DNA of 63,990 nt, counting the filler, from an uncultured Gemmatimonadota bacterium (lineage in GTDB: Bacteria; GCA-2686955): assembly GCA_964490075.1 (NCBI GenBank). It is 3 parts of 3 records of this genome, joined end to end, with 100 filler letters (N's around TTAATTAATTAA, not from the genome) between each part and the next. Parts side by side here need not be neighbours in the genome. Positions count along the whole stretch, not along the records: positions 24,141 to 47,548 come from CAZBBK010000078.1; 2 more parts are not named here. The stretch is one strand, 5' to 3'. The translations under genes and the position numbers were made by a program. Positions 34,460 to 45,304 of the stretch are shown piece after piece. The notes beneath the pieces were generated by a model. That model worked only from the letters and a program-made list of their open reading frames with translations, ran no database searches and was not told where the DNA came from. Position 1 is the stretch's first letter. The number at the start of each line of letters is the position of its first letter.

Positions 34460-37400
34460 GGTCGTCCTCCGCGCCGGGCCAGCGCCTCGAAGTAGGCCCG
34501 GATCAGCTCCTCATAGGATGCCGGGTAGCGCTCATCGAGGGCGCGGATGATCGCCGCCCGCCCAACCCTGCGGGTGCTGTCCGGGCGGACGGTCGCGGCC
34601 GTCGTGTCGGGCGCCCAGGCGTACGACCCGGCGGCTCGGGCCTCGCGGCGCTCCGACTCCCCTTGCTTGCGCAGCGCTCGCTCGGAATCGAGCAGCCGGC
34701 TCAAGATGGTCTCCTGCTGGCGCTCGATCGACGCCGGAGAGGCTCCCTGCCGCAGCGCCTGCTCGACCTCCTCCATCTGCTCCTCCAGGGCGCGCAGGTC
34801 GCCGATCCCGCCTCCTCGGTCCCCCAGCGCCCGCCCTGCCTGGGCCACCAGCTCGCGGATCCGCGCCTGCTCGTCGGCCATCCGCGCCAGCGCCGCGCGC
34901 TGCTCGGGCCCGCCCCCGGGCCCCGGGATCGGCAGCATCGCCCGCCCCTCGCCGAGCAGCTGAGCCTGTGCTCGGGCGGCCTCGGCAAGCTGCGCCATCG
35001 CCTCCGGGTAGCCGGTCGACGAAGCCGCACCCTGCAGCGCCGCCAGGCCTTCGAGCAGCTCGGCGGCCGCCCGGTTCAGGTGGGCCATCGCCGCCTTGCC
35101 CTGGCGGCGCCCCTGCTCCTCTCGTGCTTCCGCGATCGCGCGGCTGGCGCCGTCGAGGGCATCGGCCGCCAGCGAGAGCCGCCCGCGCACATCCGGCGTC
35201 ACGAAGAGGCTGGTCCGCTCCAGCTCCTCGATCCGGTCCATCGCCGCGCGCACCGCGCGGGACAGCCGAGCCTGCCGCAGCGCCGCCCCCGTGGGGTCGC
35301 TGGTCGTCTCTCGGGCCGCGCGCTCGGTGCGCCGCGAGAGCTCCAGGAGATTCGAGATCGCCGCCTCCAGCGACGCTTCGACCGCGCCCTTGACGCGCGT
35401 CATGTGCAGCTCCTGCAGCTCCATCATTCGAGCATGCAAGGCCTCGAAGCCGCCGCGCAGCGTCGCGACACCGCTGCGCGCCGACGCGCCGCGCGCCGCA
35501 TCGAGATCCCGCGCGACACGCTCCGCGAGATCGCTCGACACCGGCCCCAGCGCCGCCTCGGCCGCCCTCTCCAGAGAGCGCGCCAGATCCTCGTCCAGGC
35601 CCGAGCGCGTCGACTCGGCCACCTGCTCCCGCAGCGCCTCCATCTGCCGCGGCACCTCGCGCTGGGCCGCCGCCGCGGCCTCCACCGCACCCTCGTCGAT
35701 CATCTCGCCGACTCGGGACTCCCGCTCGGCCAGCTCGGCCGCCATGGCGATTCCCTGCTCCAGCGCCTGCTCCTGCCGCAGACGTTCCAGGATCGCCGCA
35801 GTGCGTTCGAGACCGCGCAGGATCTCCCGGTCGTGGATCTCGGCCCGCGCCAGGCTCCGGTCGAGCTCCTCGGCGCCGGCCGCCTCCAGTGCCTGGCCGA
35901 GCTCTTCCAGCAGCCGGCGCAGCTCCTCGTCGAGCACCTCGTCGATGAGCCGGTGGACCTCATCGAGCTTCTCGACCACCGCCAGAGCCATGTTCAGCGA
36001 GCGCCCGCGCGCCTCCCGCTCCAGGTCCCGCTCCATCGCCTCGATCGCGTCACGCAGCTCGTCGCCCCGGCGGCGCAGATCCTCCAGCTCCCGCCGGGCA
36101 TCCCACGAGAGCCGGCCGCCCTCGTCCGCCGCCGCCTCGCGCAGCGCGCGCAAGGTCTCTCCCATCTCCTCGAAGGCCTCGCCGAGCCGTCGCGCCGAGC
36201 CGGATCCCTCTTCGGCGTGCCCCGCGACCTCCGCGTAGATCTCCACGATGCTCGGGAATCGCGCCCGGCGCCGCTCCGACTCCGCCCATTTCGGCCCTCC
36301 GATGGCGTCGTTGTCGCACCCGCGGATCCAGAGCTCGACGCAGTCGCCGGGCAGCAAGTCGAGCGCGTCGAGCGACCAGACGAAGTCGCCCTCGGCACGC
36401 TCGCCCAGCTCGCCCTCCGACAGCGTCACGCGACCCGCCGGCTCCCCCTCCAGGTCGGTGCGGTAGGCCAGCTCCACGGCACCCAGCCCGTAGTCATCCA
36501 GCGCGCGCCAGCGCAGTCCTACAAGCATCGTCTCGTCCAGGTCGACGTCGGTCGCCGGCATCAGCAGCTCCACGACCGGCTCGTGATCCGGCACCACGCG
36601 GATCCGATGACGCGCCGCAACCGCGGGCGGCGTGCCCAGCGAGTCCGCCAGCGCCACCCGCCAGGTCGTGTCCGCGCTCGCGCGCCACGCGCCCGAGAAG
36701 CGTTCGCCCTCTACGTCACAGAGCGTCGAGTCGCCGCCGTCGAAGTGCACCCGCGCCCCGGCCAGAGCGACGTTGGCGCGCCCCTCGATCCGCACCCGGC
36801 TGCCTCTGGGGAGCACCAGGTCGCCGCTCGAGCGCTCCTCGGGCAGCTCGGTGTAGGCCGGAGGAATGCCGGCCACCTCGAGCTGCCGCACCCGAGGCCG
36901 TTCCCGCACCCGCACCCGGGCCGTGTCGGCGACGAAACCGGCGGCCCGCGCCGTGACCTCGATGTCGCGCCGGAGCGCCGGCAGGGCGCATCCGAAGATG
37001 TTGCGCTCGCCGCGCGCCAGCGGCCGCCAGCGCCACGAACCGCCCACCTCACGAATCCCCAGCTCGACCGTGTCGGGCGGAGCCGCCGCCAGGGCTAGGG
37101 CGCGCAGCCGCGTGCTCTCCCCCTCGATCAGCCGGGCCGGGTCGGCTTCGACCCGGAGCCAGCGAGTCGACTCCTCCACGCCCCCGCCCAGGCGCCCCGG
37201 AAGCGCCAGAAAGGCGTGCGGCCAGCCGAGCGCGACCAGACCCAGTCCCAACATCCCGGCCAGGCCCCGGCGGCAGGGGCCGTGCAGATCGACCGGCGGC
37301 CGCGCCGGACGCCAGCGCCCGCTCAGATCGGCCGCGCGCCGCAGCAGCTCCTCGCGCAGCGCCGCCGACTCCCCCTCACCCGAGCGCTCCCCTGCCTCGA

Positions 37401-37692
37401 TCTCGCGAGCCGCGGAGAGCAGTCCCTCCAGTGAGCGATCGTCGCGCTCCAGGCGCCGCGCCAGGTCGGCCAACGAAGGGGTCCGCAGGGCTCCCGCCAC
37501 TCTCGCCACCCCGGTCACCACCCACAGCAGCACCCAGATCCGCCCCGCGACCGGCGCCCACGCCGCCAGCCCGATCGCCCCCGCCGCCACCCAGGGCAGC
37601 CAGCCGGCCCCCCACAGCAGCTCCCCAGCACCGCGCCGCCACCGAATCGCGCGCCGATGACGCAGCAGCAGCCCTTCCACCGCACCCCTCAT
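34456..37692 (-). CDS. DUF4175-like membrane-anchored Ig/coiled-coil protein
   Basis: PPAYT, D..P.V, DDYGL, DND...GPK; coiled coil; ILSRLLDSERALR; YFEAL; TGATG coupling to the upstream gene. Confidence 0.8.
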   Translation of the reverse strand: MRGAVEGLLLRHRRAIRWRRGAGELLWGAGWLPWVAAGAIGLAAWAPVAGRIWVLLWVVTGVARVAGALRTPSLADLARRLERDDRSLEGLLSAAREIEAGERSGEGESAALREELLRRAADLSGRWRPARPPVDLHGPCRRGLAGMLGLGLVALGWPHAFLALPGRLGGGVEESTRWLRVEADPARLIEGESTRLRALALAAAPPDTVELGIREVGGSWRWRPLARGERNIFGCALPALRRDIEVTARAAGFVADTARVRVRERPRVRQLEVAGIPPAYTELPEERSSGDLVLPRGSRVRIEGRANVALAGARVHFDGGDSTLCDVEGERFSGAWRASADTTWRVALADSLGTPPAVAARHRIRVVPDHEPVVELLMPATDVDLDETMLVGLRWRALDDYGLGAVELAYRTDLEGEPAGRVTLSEGELGERAEGDFVWSLDALDLLPGDCVELWIRGCDNDAIGGPKWAESERRRARFPSIVEIYAEVAGHAEEGSGSARRLGEAFEEMGETLRALREAAADEGGRLSWDARRELEDLRRRGDELRDAIEAMERDLEREARGRSLNMALAVVEKLDEVHRLIDEVLDEELRRLLEELGQALEAAGAEELDRSLARAEIHDREILRGLERTAAILERLRQEQALEQGIAMAAELAERESRVGEMIDEGAVEAAAAAQREVPRQMEALREQVAESTRSGLDEDLARSLERAAEAALGPVSSDLAERVARDLDAARGASARSGVATLRGGFEALHARMMELQELHMTRVKGAVEASLEAAISNLLELSRRTERAARETTSDPTGAALRQARLSRAVRAAMDRIEELERTSLFVTPDVRGRLSLAADALDGASRAIAEAREEQGRRQGKAAMAHLNRAAAELLEGLAALQGAASSTGYPEAMAQLAEAARAQAQLLGEGRAMLPIPGPGGGPEQRAALARMADEQARIRELVAQAGRALGDRGGGIGDLRALEEQMEEVEQALRQGASPASIERQQETILSRLLDSERALRKQGESERREARAAGSYAWAPDTTAATVRPDSTRRVGRAAIIRALDERYPASYEELIRAYFEALARRGGRP

Positions 37693-38342
37693 CAGCGCGT
37701 CAAGGCATGGACCACGATGTTGGTCCCCATGCGCAGCGCGGCCTGTCTCACCGGCTCGGGATCGCCGTGCACCTCGGCATCCTCCCAACCGTCCGACAGG
37801 TCGGTGTTGAAGCTGTAGAAGAGCGCCAGCCGCCCCTCGAGGAAGAGGCCGTAGGCGTGGGGCGGCCCGCCGTGGTGCTCGTGGATCTTCGGCAGTCCAT
37901 CGGGAAAGGCGAAGGGGAAAGCGAAGATCGGATGCTCGGGGGTCAGCTCGACGAAGGGCGCGTCCGGAAAGACCCTCGCGATCTCGGCACGGAAGCTCTC
38001 GTCGAGGCCGAAGTTGTCGTCGACGTGCAGAAACCCCCCCGCCGCCAGGAATTCGCGCAGACGGGCCGCGTCACGGTCCCCGAAATGCACCCGCCCATGC
38101 CCCGTCATGAACAGATAAGGATAAGAAAAAAGCTCGCTATCACCGAGTCGCACCGCGGGCTCGCGCCCCGGGCAGAGGTCGACCGTGGTCCGCTCCGACA
38201 CGAAGCGCGCCAGGTTGCCGAGCGACGAGCGGTTAGAATACCAGTCGCCGCCGCCCTCGTAGTGCAGCCGGGCGATCTGGGTGCAGGCCGCCCGGGCCGA
38301 GCAGGCGATCAAGAGGCAGGGGAGGAGTCGAGCCAGGCGCAT
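37692..38342 (-). CDS. DUF4159 domain protein
   Basis: YEGGGDWY, YPYLFMTGHG, GGFLHVDDN, GLPKIHEH, DLSDGWED, MGTNI. Confidence 0.9.
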   Translation of the reverse strand: MRLARLLPCLLIACSARAACTQIARLHYEGGGDWYSNRSSLGNLARFVSERTTVDLCPGREPAVRLGDSELFSYPYLFMTGHGRVHFGDRDAARLREFLAAGGFLHVDDNFGLDESFRAEIARVFPDAPFVELTPEHPIFAFPFAFPDGLPKIHEHHGGPPHAYGLFLEGRLALFYSFNTDLSDGWEDAEVHGDPEPVRQAALRMGTNIVVHALTR

Positions 38343-38532
38343 TTCCCGGCGATGATACTCGGGCGCCGGCGCGCACGCCCTGGGAGAGCTTCGGGCGCGG
38401 CCGCCGTGGTAACCTCGATGCGCGCGCCGGTCTTGTCACATCGTGCCCTTCCGGCGCGTCGACGGATGCGAGTGCGTGGTCTCCGGGGTGCCGGGACCCG
38501 CGGCCGAGAGGAACCGACCCGAGAGGTGGGAA

Positions 38533-40512
38533 GTGCTGTCCGAGATGCGCGAGCTGGCGGTGCTGGAGCTCAATCGACGATTGGGAACCGAGGGGTGCGG
38601 CCTCGCGGAGCTGCGCGAGAGCCACGCTTCCGAGCTTGCCCGTTCTCTGGTCGAGTCCGGCGACACGGTCGAGCGGGTCTATCTGCTTCAGCGCGGCGAC
38701 GATGATGGGGCCGTTCGCATGTGGGTCGAGGAGCTCGACGACGACAAGCGTGCGCGCCTTCCTTTCAATCAGGGAACCGGCGCACGATCGCCCGCGCTGG
38801 GCCCCGTGCTCAAGCGGACCTTCAAGAAGGGTAAGCAGCCGCCCTACGGCCCGACACCGAACACACAGCGGGTCACGCGCAAACGCTTCGAAGCACTCGC
38901 GGATGGCGAGTCCGAGTGGGCGGAGTACTTTGCCGAGGTTTGCGAAGTGCTGTTTCGCGGCCGCAGCCTGATCTACCAGGAGCAGCGAAGCGACGTCGCC
39001 ACTGCGGATCAGACGATTCTGAACCTAGCGCTCGCCAGCATCGATGAGAAGTCGACCGTTTTCGTGGCGGTCGTCGACTCCGAGGGGCGTTGGCCGGGCG
39101 ATCGGCCTGCGTATCGGCGCTACCTCGCCGCCATCTCGGCCGCGAGCAACTACAGCACCGGCAAGGCGCCGCCGCGGCCGGACGCCACCTGTCCCCTCTG
39201 CGGCCGTCACCCCGTCACCCTCTACCCCAACGCGGTCAAGGGCGCCGGCCTCAACCTCGGCAACATCGATCGCGCCGGCGCCTTTCCCGGCCTCGACGAG
39301 AGCGTGGCCTGGAAGAGCTACGGCCTCTGCGTCGACTGCGCCGATGCCCTCTACGTCTACGCCCGCCACCTTCTGAAGGACTACAAGGGCAAGATCGCCG
39401 GCGAGACGGCGCTGCTGATCCCCGCCCTCCTCGGTCCCGACGAAGAGAAGCCCCGCTTCCTGCGCGACTGGCACGCCTACGTCGCCAACCTCGAAGGCGG
39501 CGCCATCCGCTCCCGCGAGGAGGATCTCCTCGAGTTCTGCGCCACCCGCGACGACGCGCAGGTCGTCCTGCAGATCCTCTGGGCGACCTTTGACCAGCTC
39601 GTGGACGAGATCCGCGGCTGTGTCACCGACATCTTGCCCTCGCGGCTCCGCGCCCTCGCCGACCACAACCGTGCCGCCAATACCTGGGCCCATCCGCTCG
39701 CGCCGCGCCACCCCCTCGACGAGCTCCGCCTCGACCTTCCGCTGAGCTGCCTGAAACCCCTCCTGCACCGTCCCGGCGGCAGGAAGACCACGAAGAGCAA
39801 CGCCGGCCAACGCCTCTTCGAGCTCCGGCGCCAGCTCGCCCACGCCCTCTACCACGGCCGTCCGCTCGGTGCGGCGGAAGGGACGATGTGGACGGAGCTG
39901 ATCGAAACCGCCCGAGCCCACCTCGGCGTGATCGCGGAGGGGGGAAGGGTTTGGGGACTTCTCCATGAGACGCCGCCCGGGAAACGCTCGGGGGCGGCGC
40001 CGAGCCTGACCCTGGCGAGCTGGGTTCGACACTTGGCCCGCTTTCTCCATTGCCTCAATTCCGCGGAGATGCTCTCGATGTCCACCAGCGACACGCCTTA
40101 CACACCCGAATCCGAACGGCTCGAGCCCTACTTCGCAAGCGGCTCGGGCATCGATACCCCGGAGAAGGCCTTCGCCTTCACGCTCGGGATCGTCTACGGC
40201 AAGCTGCTCCAGGTGCAAGGCGCGCGAGACGTCAACGTCTCGTCCAATGCCCTGACCTGGCTCAAGCGCCTGAACCTCAGCGGTCACGACCTGCCCGAGC
40301 TCTACGTCAAGATCCGCGAGAAGCTGCTCGCCTACGAAACCGAAGCCAGCGGAAGCGTGCGCGAGGTGCTGGGCGAGCTGGGGCGCCTGGGTGCGCGGCT
40401 GGGCGATCGCATCTCGCTCGATCCCGTGCCGACCTGCTACTTCCTCCTGCTGGGCCAGTCGGTCTCGTTGGAGGTCCTGGAGTCGAAGAAAACGAACGGA
40501 GAGCAAGGATGA
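38533..40512 (+). CDS. cas8b: Type I-B Cascade large subunit Cas8b (TM1802/Csh1 family)
   Basis: First gene of the cas operon; CPLCG...LCVDC zinc motif; C-terminal FAFTLG..LL..Q and YFLLGQS; start chosen from the GAGAGG RBS. Confidence 0.85.
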   Translation: MLSEMRELAVLELNRRLGTEGCGLAELRESHASELARSLVESGDTVERVYLLQRGDDDGAVRMWVEELDDDKRARLPFNQGTGARSPALGPVLKRTFKKGKQPPYGPTPNTQRVTRKRFEALADGESEWAEYFAEVCEVLFRGRSLIYQEQRSDVATADQTILNLALASIDEKSTVFVAVVDSEGRWPGDRPAYRRYLAAISAASNYSTGKAPPRPDATCPLCGRHPVTLYPNAVKGAGLNLGNIDRAGAFPGLDESVAWKSYGLCVDCADALYVYARHLLKDYKGKIAGETALLIPALLGPDEEKPRFLRDWHAYVANLEGGAIRSREEDLLEFCATRDDAQVVLQILWATFDQLVDEIRGCVTDILPSRLRALADHNRAANTWAHPLAPRHPLDELRLDLPLSCLKPLLHRPGGRKTTKSNAGQRLFELRRQLAHALYHGRPLGAAEGTMWTELIETARAHLGVIAEGGRVWGLLHETPPGKRSGAAPSLTLASWVRHLARFLHCLNSAEMLSMSTSDTPYTPESERLEPYFASGSGIDTPEKAFAFTLGIVYGKLLQVQGARDVNVSSNALTWLKRLNLSGHDLPELYVKIREKLLAYETEASGSVREVLGELGRLGARLGDRISLDPVPTCYFLLLGQSVSLEVLESKKTNGEQG

Positions 40513-41504
40513 GCGAGCAATTGGGTGCGACGAAGGCCACGGAGACCCTCTCCGGGCGACGCGAGATTCTCTTTCTCTACGACATCCGCATGGGCAACCC
40601 CAACGGCGATCCCGACGAGAATCGGCCGCGCGTGCTGCCCGACGGGCGTTTCTACGTGACCGACGTGCGGCTCAAGCGCTTCGCCCGCGACTTCGTCGCG
40701 ACCCAGGGGCGGGAGATCCTGGTTGGCAATGTCGAGGGGCAAACCACCAACCTGACCGGCCGCGTCGCCCACTACCTGCGGGAGCGGGACCAGGCGGGGG
40801 CGAAGGGCGAGGAGCTGGTTCGGATTCTGCTCGACGCCTTCATCGATGCCCGGTGGTTCGGTTCGTCGCTGGCATTCAAGGCGCAGGGCGAGAAGGGCCA
40901 GAAGAAGTGGGAGCCGAAGCCGGTCCCCAAGACCCTGACCGGCGCCGTCCAGTTCAACATGGGCGAGGTGCTGCACGACGCCCACGAGCTGATCATCCAC
41001 GGCACCTCGGTCTTCGCCAGCGACGAGCAGAAGACGCAAGGGACCTTCACCGAGTACGCCGCGCTGCGCTACGCCCTGATCGCCTTCCACGGCGTGGCAA
41101 ACGAGCACAGCGCCGAGCTGTCTCATATGAGCGACGCCGACTACGACGCCCTGCTCGCCGCCCTGTGGAAGGGGGTTCGGTCGGCCGGCAACACCCGCAC
41201 CAAGGTCGGCCAGGTGCCGCGGCTGCTGGTCTCGGTGGAGTATCGGCCCGGCGAGGAGTTCCAGTTCGGCAACCTGATCGACTACGTCTGTCTGGCCGCC
41301 GCGACCGGGCGACCGGAGCGGGAGTGGGCCGGGCCGGACGACTACTGCGTCGATCTTTCGCGGCTCGTCGAGCGGCTCGGCGGGCAGAGCGATCGGATCG
41401 CGCGGGTGCGCTTCGATCTCTCGCCCGATCTCCAGTTCGTGGCGGGGGGCGAGCCCGCGGCGGGCTGGGCTCCCCTCGGCTTCGACGCCCCGCGCGGTGG
41501 TTGA
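40509..41504 (+). CDS. cas7: Cas7 (Csh2/Csd2 family)
   Basis: LFLYD...NPNGDPD.NRPR, TDVRLKR, ID.R.FG, TGAVQF, TRTKVGQVPRLL. Confidence 0.95.
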   Translation: MSEQLGATKATETLSGRREILFLYDIRMGNPNGDPDENRPRVLPDGRFYVTDVRLKRFARDFVATQGREILVGNVEGQTTNLTGRVAHYLRERDQAGAKGEELVRILLDAFIDARWFGSSLAFKAQGEKGQKKWEPKPVPKTLTGAVQFNMGEVLHDAHELIIHGTSVFASDEQKTQGTFTEYAALRYALIAFHGVANEHSAELSHMSDADYDALLAALWKGVRSAGNTRTKVGQVPRLLVSVEYRPGEEFQFGNLIDYVCLAAATGRPEREWAGPDDYCVDLSRLVERLGGQSDRIARVRFDLSPDLQFVAGGEPAAGWAPLGFDAPRGG

Positions 41505-41507
41505 CCC

Positions 41508-42236
41508 GTGGATGTGCTCTCTTTCCGGTGGCGCGCCAAGTACGGCCATTTTCTGCGGGCCGAGGCGATCAGCAACGCCCTGACCTATCCGGTGCCGCCT
41601 CGGACCGCCGTGCTCGGCCTGCTCGGCGCCGTCGTAGGCTTGCCGAAGGATGCGCTCGCTTCCGAGCTGGCCTCGGTGCTCGTGTCGGTGGCCGGTCCGG
41701 TGCCGGTGCGCTTCTGGCACCGCGTCAAGCTCCGCAAGGACCCGCCGGCGGCCTTGCCGCGTGAACTGCGATTGCCTTCGCGATCGGCGAAGACCAAGAC
41801 CAAGACCGCGGCCGAGAAGGCCACCTTGCTGCGCCAGGAGTGGTTGCTCGGTCCCGACTTCGTGGTGCGGGTGGCCATGCCCGAGGATCCCGGGCGCTTC
41901 GCCGAGCTCGCCGCTCGCGTGGAGGCGCGGCGCTGGCATTTCACGCCTTGTATGGGGCTCTCCGAGATGCTGGCCGATGTGGAGCCCCTGGGCGTCGCCT
42001 CGGCGCGGCCCTTGCCGCCCGGCCGCGTGCGGGTCGAAGGGTGCTGCCTGGCGTCGGGGCTGACCCTCCGCGCCGAGCCCGAACTCGGCGTGCAGCTCCT
42101 GCGGCTTCCGCGTCGAGTCTCCGCCGATCGGATCTTCGTCCACGACAGCTACTACCTGGAGCATCGCGGGCGTTCCTTCACCGTCGAGACCGACGCCGCC
42201 TGGCGGGTCGGTGAGCACGCGGTCGTGTTCTCGTAG
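41508..42236 (+). CDS. cas5: Cas5
   Basis: YGHF.....NALTYPVPPRTAVLGLLGA; PCMG. Confidence 0.93.
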   Translation: MDVLSFRWRAKYGHFLRAEAISNALTYPVPPRTAVLGLLGAVVGLPKDALASELASVLVSVAGPVPVRFWHRVKLRKDPPAALPRELRLPSRSAKTKTKTAAEKATLLRQEWLLGPDFVVRVAMPEDPGRFAELAARVEARRWHFTPCMGLSEMLADVEPLGVASARPLPPGRVRVEGCCLASGLTLRAEPELGVQLLRLPRRVSADRIFVHDSYYLEHRGRSFTVETDAAWRVGEHAVVFS

Positions 42237-42248
42237 GAGGTCCCGCCG

Positions 42249-44603
42249 ATGGCGTCGCTCTACTCGCATCACGAGCCGCGTCTGCTGCTGCGCGAGCATG
42301 TCGAGCGGGTGGGGCGCGCCGCGCGCCATCTTTGGGCCGAGCATTCCGAGCTGGTCCGGGCGCGGCGTGAGTCCAGCGAGGCGGTCCTCGACGCGGCGGT
42401 GCGCTGCCACGACGCCGGCAAGGCGAGCCGCGCCTTTCAGTCCTACATCGCCGACCCGGGTGGCTATCGCGGCGATCCTCGAGCCAAGGCCCACACCGCT
42501 CTGTCCGCGGCGGCCGCGATCGACTGGGCTCGCACCCAGGGGTGGCCGTCGCTGCGCGCCCTGGCCCTCGGCGCGATCGTGGCCGGTCACCATGCCGGCC
42601 TGCCCGATCACCGCTATCTGTTGGACGTGCGTCTGCGTCTCGACGACGACGACGGAATCCTGGCCGACCAGTGGCGGAGCTTGCCCTGGGATGCCTTGAG
42701 CGCGGAGACGGGTCTGACCCTGGTCGGCGACGCCGAGCTCGGCGTCGCGCGGAAATGGCTCGATCGGCGCGAGCGGGTTGGAGACGAGCTCGAGCATCTG
42801 CCGCTGGACGAGGCGCTCTGCTTCAGGCTTTGGACCCAGCTCCTCTTCTCGATCCTGCTCGAGGCCGACAAGGCGCTGCTGGCGCTGCCCGATGACGCGC
42901 ATGAGCGCTACTTTCGGACCGACCGGCGGGGGGCGGAGCTTTCTCCGGCCCTCGTCGAGGCGCGGCTCGCCGGCCTGCGGAGCGATGGACCGGGCAGCCC
43001 CGCGGATCGGCTGCGCGAGCGGGCCCGCGTGGCGGTGGAAGGCCGCTTCGACGCGCGCGATGCCTGCTGCACGCTGACCCTGCCGACCGGGATCGGCAAG
43101 ACCTTGCTGGCGGCCTCCTGGGCGCTCGAGATGCGCGAATCGATGCGTTCGGCGCAAGGGGTCGCACCGAGGATCTTCGTCGTCCTTCCCTTCCTGTCGA
43201 TCGTCGACCAGACAGAGCGAGAGTATCGCGCGGTGCTGGGGCTCGACGCCGATGAGCGAAGTCAATCGGAGCTCCTGATGGCGAGTCATTCCGTATCGCA
43301 GCGCGAGTACGAGACCGAGGGGGAGCTTCGCGGGCGCCGCGAGGCCGACTTCTTTCTCGACACCTGGCGCTCCGAGATCGTCGTGACCACCTTCGACCAG
43401 CTCCTGCTCGCACTCTTCTCGCCGCGCACGCGCCACCAGATGCGTTTTCATCGTCTGCTCGACGCGCTGATCGTGCTCGACGAGGTCCAGGCGCTCCCGT
43501 GTCGGCTTTGGGACCTGGTCGACCACGGGCTGCGGGCCCTGACGCAAGAAGGACACGCGAAGGTCCTCATGATGTCCGCCACCCAGCCGGCGCTCCTGAC
43601 CGGGGCCCGGGAGCTGGCCGGCTCTCCGGACGAGCTCGCCGAGGCCTTTCGCGGGCTGCGCCGCTACTCCATCGATCTCCAGCATCGCGACGTCCTTGGG
43701 ATCGATGCCTGGCTCGAGGGGTTGGAGCCGCGGTTGCGAGCGTGGGTCGACGAGGGCGAGCGGGTGCTGCTCACCCTCAACACCCGCGGCGCGGCGCGCA
43801 GGGCGTGGTGCGCGGTGGGCGAGGTCGTGGGGGACGGCGCGCCGCTGCACTTCCTGACCGCCGACGTCACGCCCCGCGATCGCCTGGCGAAGATCGCGGC
43901 GATTCGCCGGGGCGGGCCCTGCATCGTGGTATCGACACAGACCATCGAGGCCGGGGTCGACATCGACATGAGCGTGGTGGTGCGCGACTTCGGGCCTTTC
44001 GACGCGATCGTGCAGATCGCCGGGCGCTGCAATCGCAACAATCGGCTCGGCGATCACGGCGGTGCCGTGGAGCTGATCCGCCTCGAGTCCGATCGCGGTC
44101 GCCCCTTCGCGGAGATGGTCTACGACCGGGTTCTCCTGGACGCCACCCACGAAGTGCTGGGCGACCGAAGCGTCATCGCCGAGGAGCAGGTCTTCGAGCT
44201 GGGCAGGCGCTACTTCGAGATCCTGAAGGCTCGAAAGGACACCGGGCGGGAGCTGACCGAGACCTTCGCGCGCTGGGGCGAGATGCCCGACATCCGCGCG
44301 GAGTTGCGCGGTGCCGGCCGCGAGCAGGTCTCGTTCTTCGTCGCCGGCGACGATTCCGAGCTGCTGGAAAGGCTGCGGGGTGTGCTCGAGATCACCGATC
44401 GCTGGGAGCGCCGAACCGCCTTGCGGGCCCTGGCCGGTGAGATCCAGAGCCGCAGCGTCACTGTTTTTGCCCGTCCCGAGCTCCACCCGGAGGACTACGC
44501 CGAGGCGCTCGGTCCCTTCTGGGTTCTCGATCCGCGTTGGTACACCGCCGAAGGAGGGCTCGACCTCGAGCTCGATCGGGAGGATCCGGTTTGCATATTC
44601 TAG
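42249..44603 (+). CDS. cas3: Cas3 HD nuclease-helicase
   Basis: LREH, HDAGK, GHH, LPTGIGKT, LDEVQ, MSAT, EAGVDID, QIAGRCNR. Confidence 0.96.
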   Translation: MASLYSHHEPRLLLREHVERVGRAARHLWAEHSELVRARRESSEAVLDAAVRCHDAGKASRAFQSYIADPGGYRGDPRAKAHTALSAAAAIDWARTQGWPSLRALALGAIVAGHHAGLPDHRYLLDVRLRLDDDDGILADQWRSLPWDALSAETGLTLVGDAELGVARKWLDRRERVGDELEHLPLDEALCFRLWTQLLFSILLEADKALLALPDDAHERYFRTDRRGAELSPALVEARLAGLRSDGPGSPADRLRERARVAVEGRFDARDACCTLTLPTGIGKTLLAASWALEMRESMRSAQGVAPRIFVVLPFLSIVDQTEREYRAVLGLDADERSQSELLMASHSVSQREYETEGELRGRREADFFLDTWRSEIVVTTFDQLLLALFSPRTRHQMRFHRLLDALIVLDEVQALPCRLWDLVDHGLRALTQEGHAKVLMMSATQPALLTGARELAGSPDELAEAFRGLRRYSIDLQHRDVLGIDAWLEGLEPRLRAWVDEGERVLLTLNTRGAARRAWCAVGEVVGDGAPLHFLTADVTPRDRLAKIAAIRRGGPCIVVSTQTIEAGVDIDMSVVVRDFGPFDAIVQIAGRCNRNNRLGDHGGAVELIRLESDRGRPFAEMVYDRVLLDATHEVLGDRSVIAEEQVFELGRRYFEILKARKDTGRELTETFARWGEMPDIRAELRGAGREQVSFFVAGDDSELLERLRGVLEITDRWERRTALRALAGEIQSRSVTVFARPELHPEDYAEALGPFWVLDPRWYTAEGGLDLELDREDPVCIF

Positions 44604-45304
44604 CGACCGTGCCCACTGCGTCGGCGACGCTTCACTTCCTGGATCCGCCCTCCGGTCCCTGGTGGCTGCGCGCCCGGCAGCTTCGCGGGGCCGTGGCGGC
44701 GGCCTTCGCCGACGATCCGGCCTTCCACCAGCACGACGACGCTGGCCGTCCGCTCTATCGCTATCCCCGTGTGCAGTACCGTTGGCGCGACGGGCGCGGT
44801 GTCGTGGTGGGGTGGAAGGAGGCGGCGTCGCGGGTCTTGAACGCGCCCTGGCTGGATCTCGACCTTCAGCTCGGAAACGACCCCGCGCGGGTGAAGCACG
44901 CCGAGCTGCGCAGCGGCCGGGGAGAGGTCGGCGCGGCCGACGAGCTGCACACCTACCGGCTCATCTCGCCCGTGTTGATCCTCAATCAGAAGAACTACCG
45001 GCACTATCGCGAGCTCGGATCCGCCGGAGACGAGGCGGGGCAGCGCCGTGAGCGCGACCGTTTGCTGGTCGCTCAGCTCCTGGTGGCGCTGCGCGAGATG
45101 GGAGCCAGATTCGATCGCCGGCTCTACGCGACCTTTACCAGGATTCGTCCCCGCTCGTGCAGACTCAAGGAGCAGGAGCTGCTCGGCTTCAGCGGCGAGT
45201 TCGTGGCCAACGTCTTGCTGCCCGATGAGTTCGCCATCGGTCACGCGGTCAGTCACGGCTACGGCTGGATCGAGTCGATGCGAGAGGAAGGAGACCCGAC
45301 TTGA
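44591..45304 (+). CDS. cas6: Cas6 (Cas6b-type) crRNA endoribonuclease
   Basis: LRG, FHQH, YRYPRVQY, C-terminal G-loop IGHAVSHGYG; start is TTG 44591 or GTG 44609. Confidence 0.88.
   Translation: MHILATVPTASATLHFLDPPSGPWWLRARQLRGAVAAAFADDPAFHQHDDAGRPLYRYPRVQYRWRDGRGVVVGWKEAASRVLNAPWLDLDLQLGNDPARVKHAELRSGRGEVGAADELHTYRLISPVLILNQKNYRHYRELGSAGDEAGQRRERDRLLVAQLLVALREMGARFDRRLYATFTRIRPRSCRLKEQELLGFSGEFVANVLLPDEFAIGHAVSHGYGWIESMREEGDPT

Noticed and set aside
32971-37098. Very long alternative-frame ORFs (1375 aa here; also 40437-44486 and 26109-29144)
   Set aside because: Arg/Pro/Ala-rich or antisense shadows of well-supported genes, expected in high-GC DNA
38343-38532. Possible CreTA-like mini-array upstream of cas8b or in the leader
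   Set aside because: No convincing degenerate copy of the repeat found by eye
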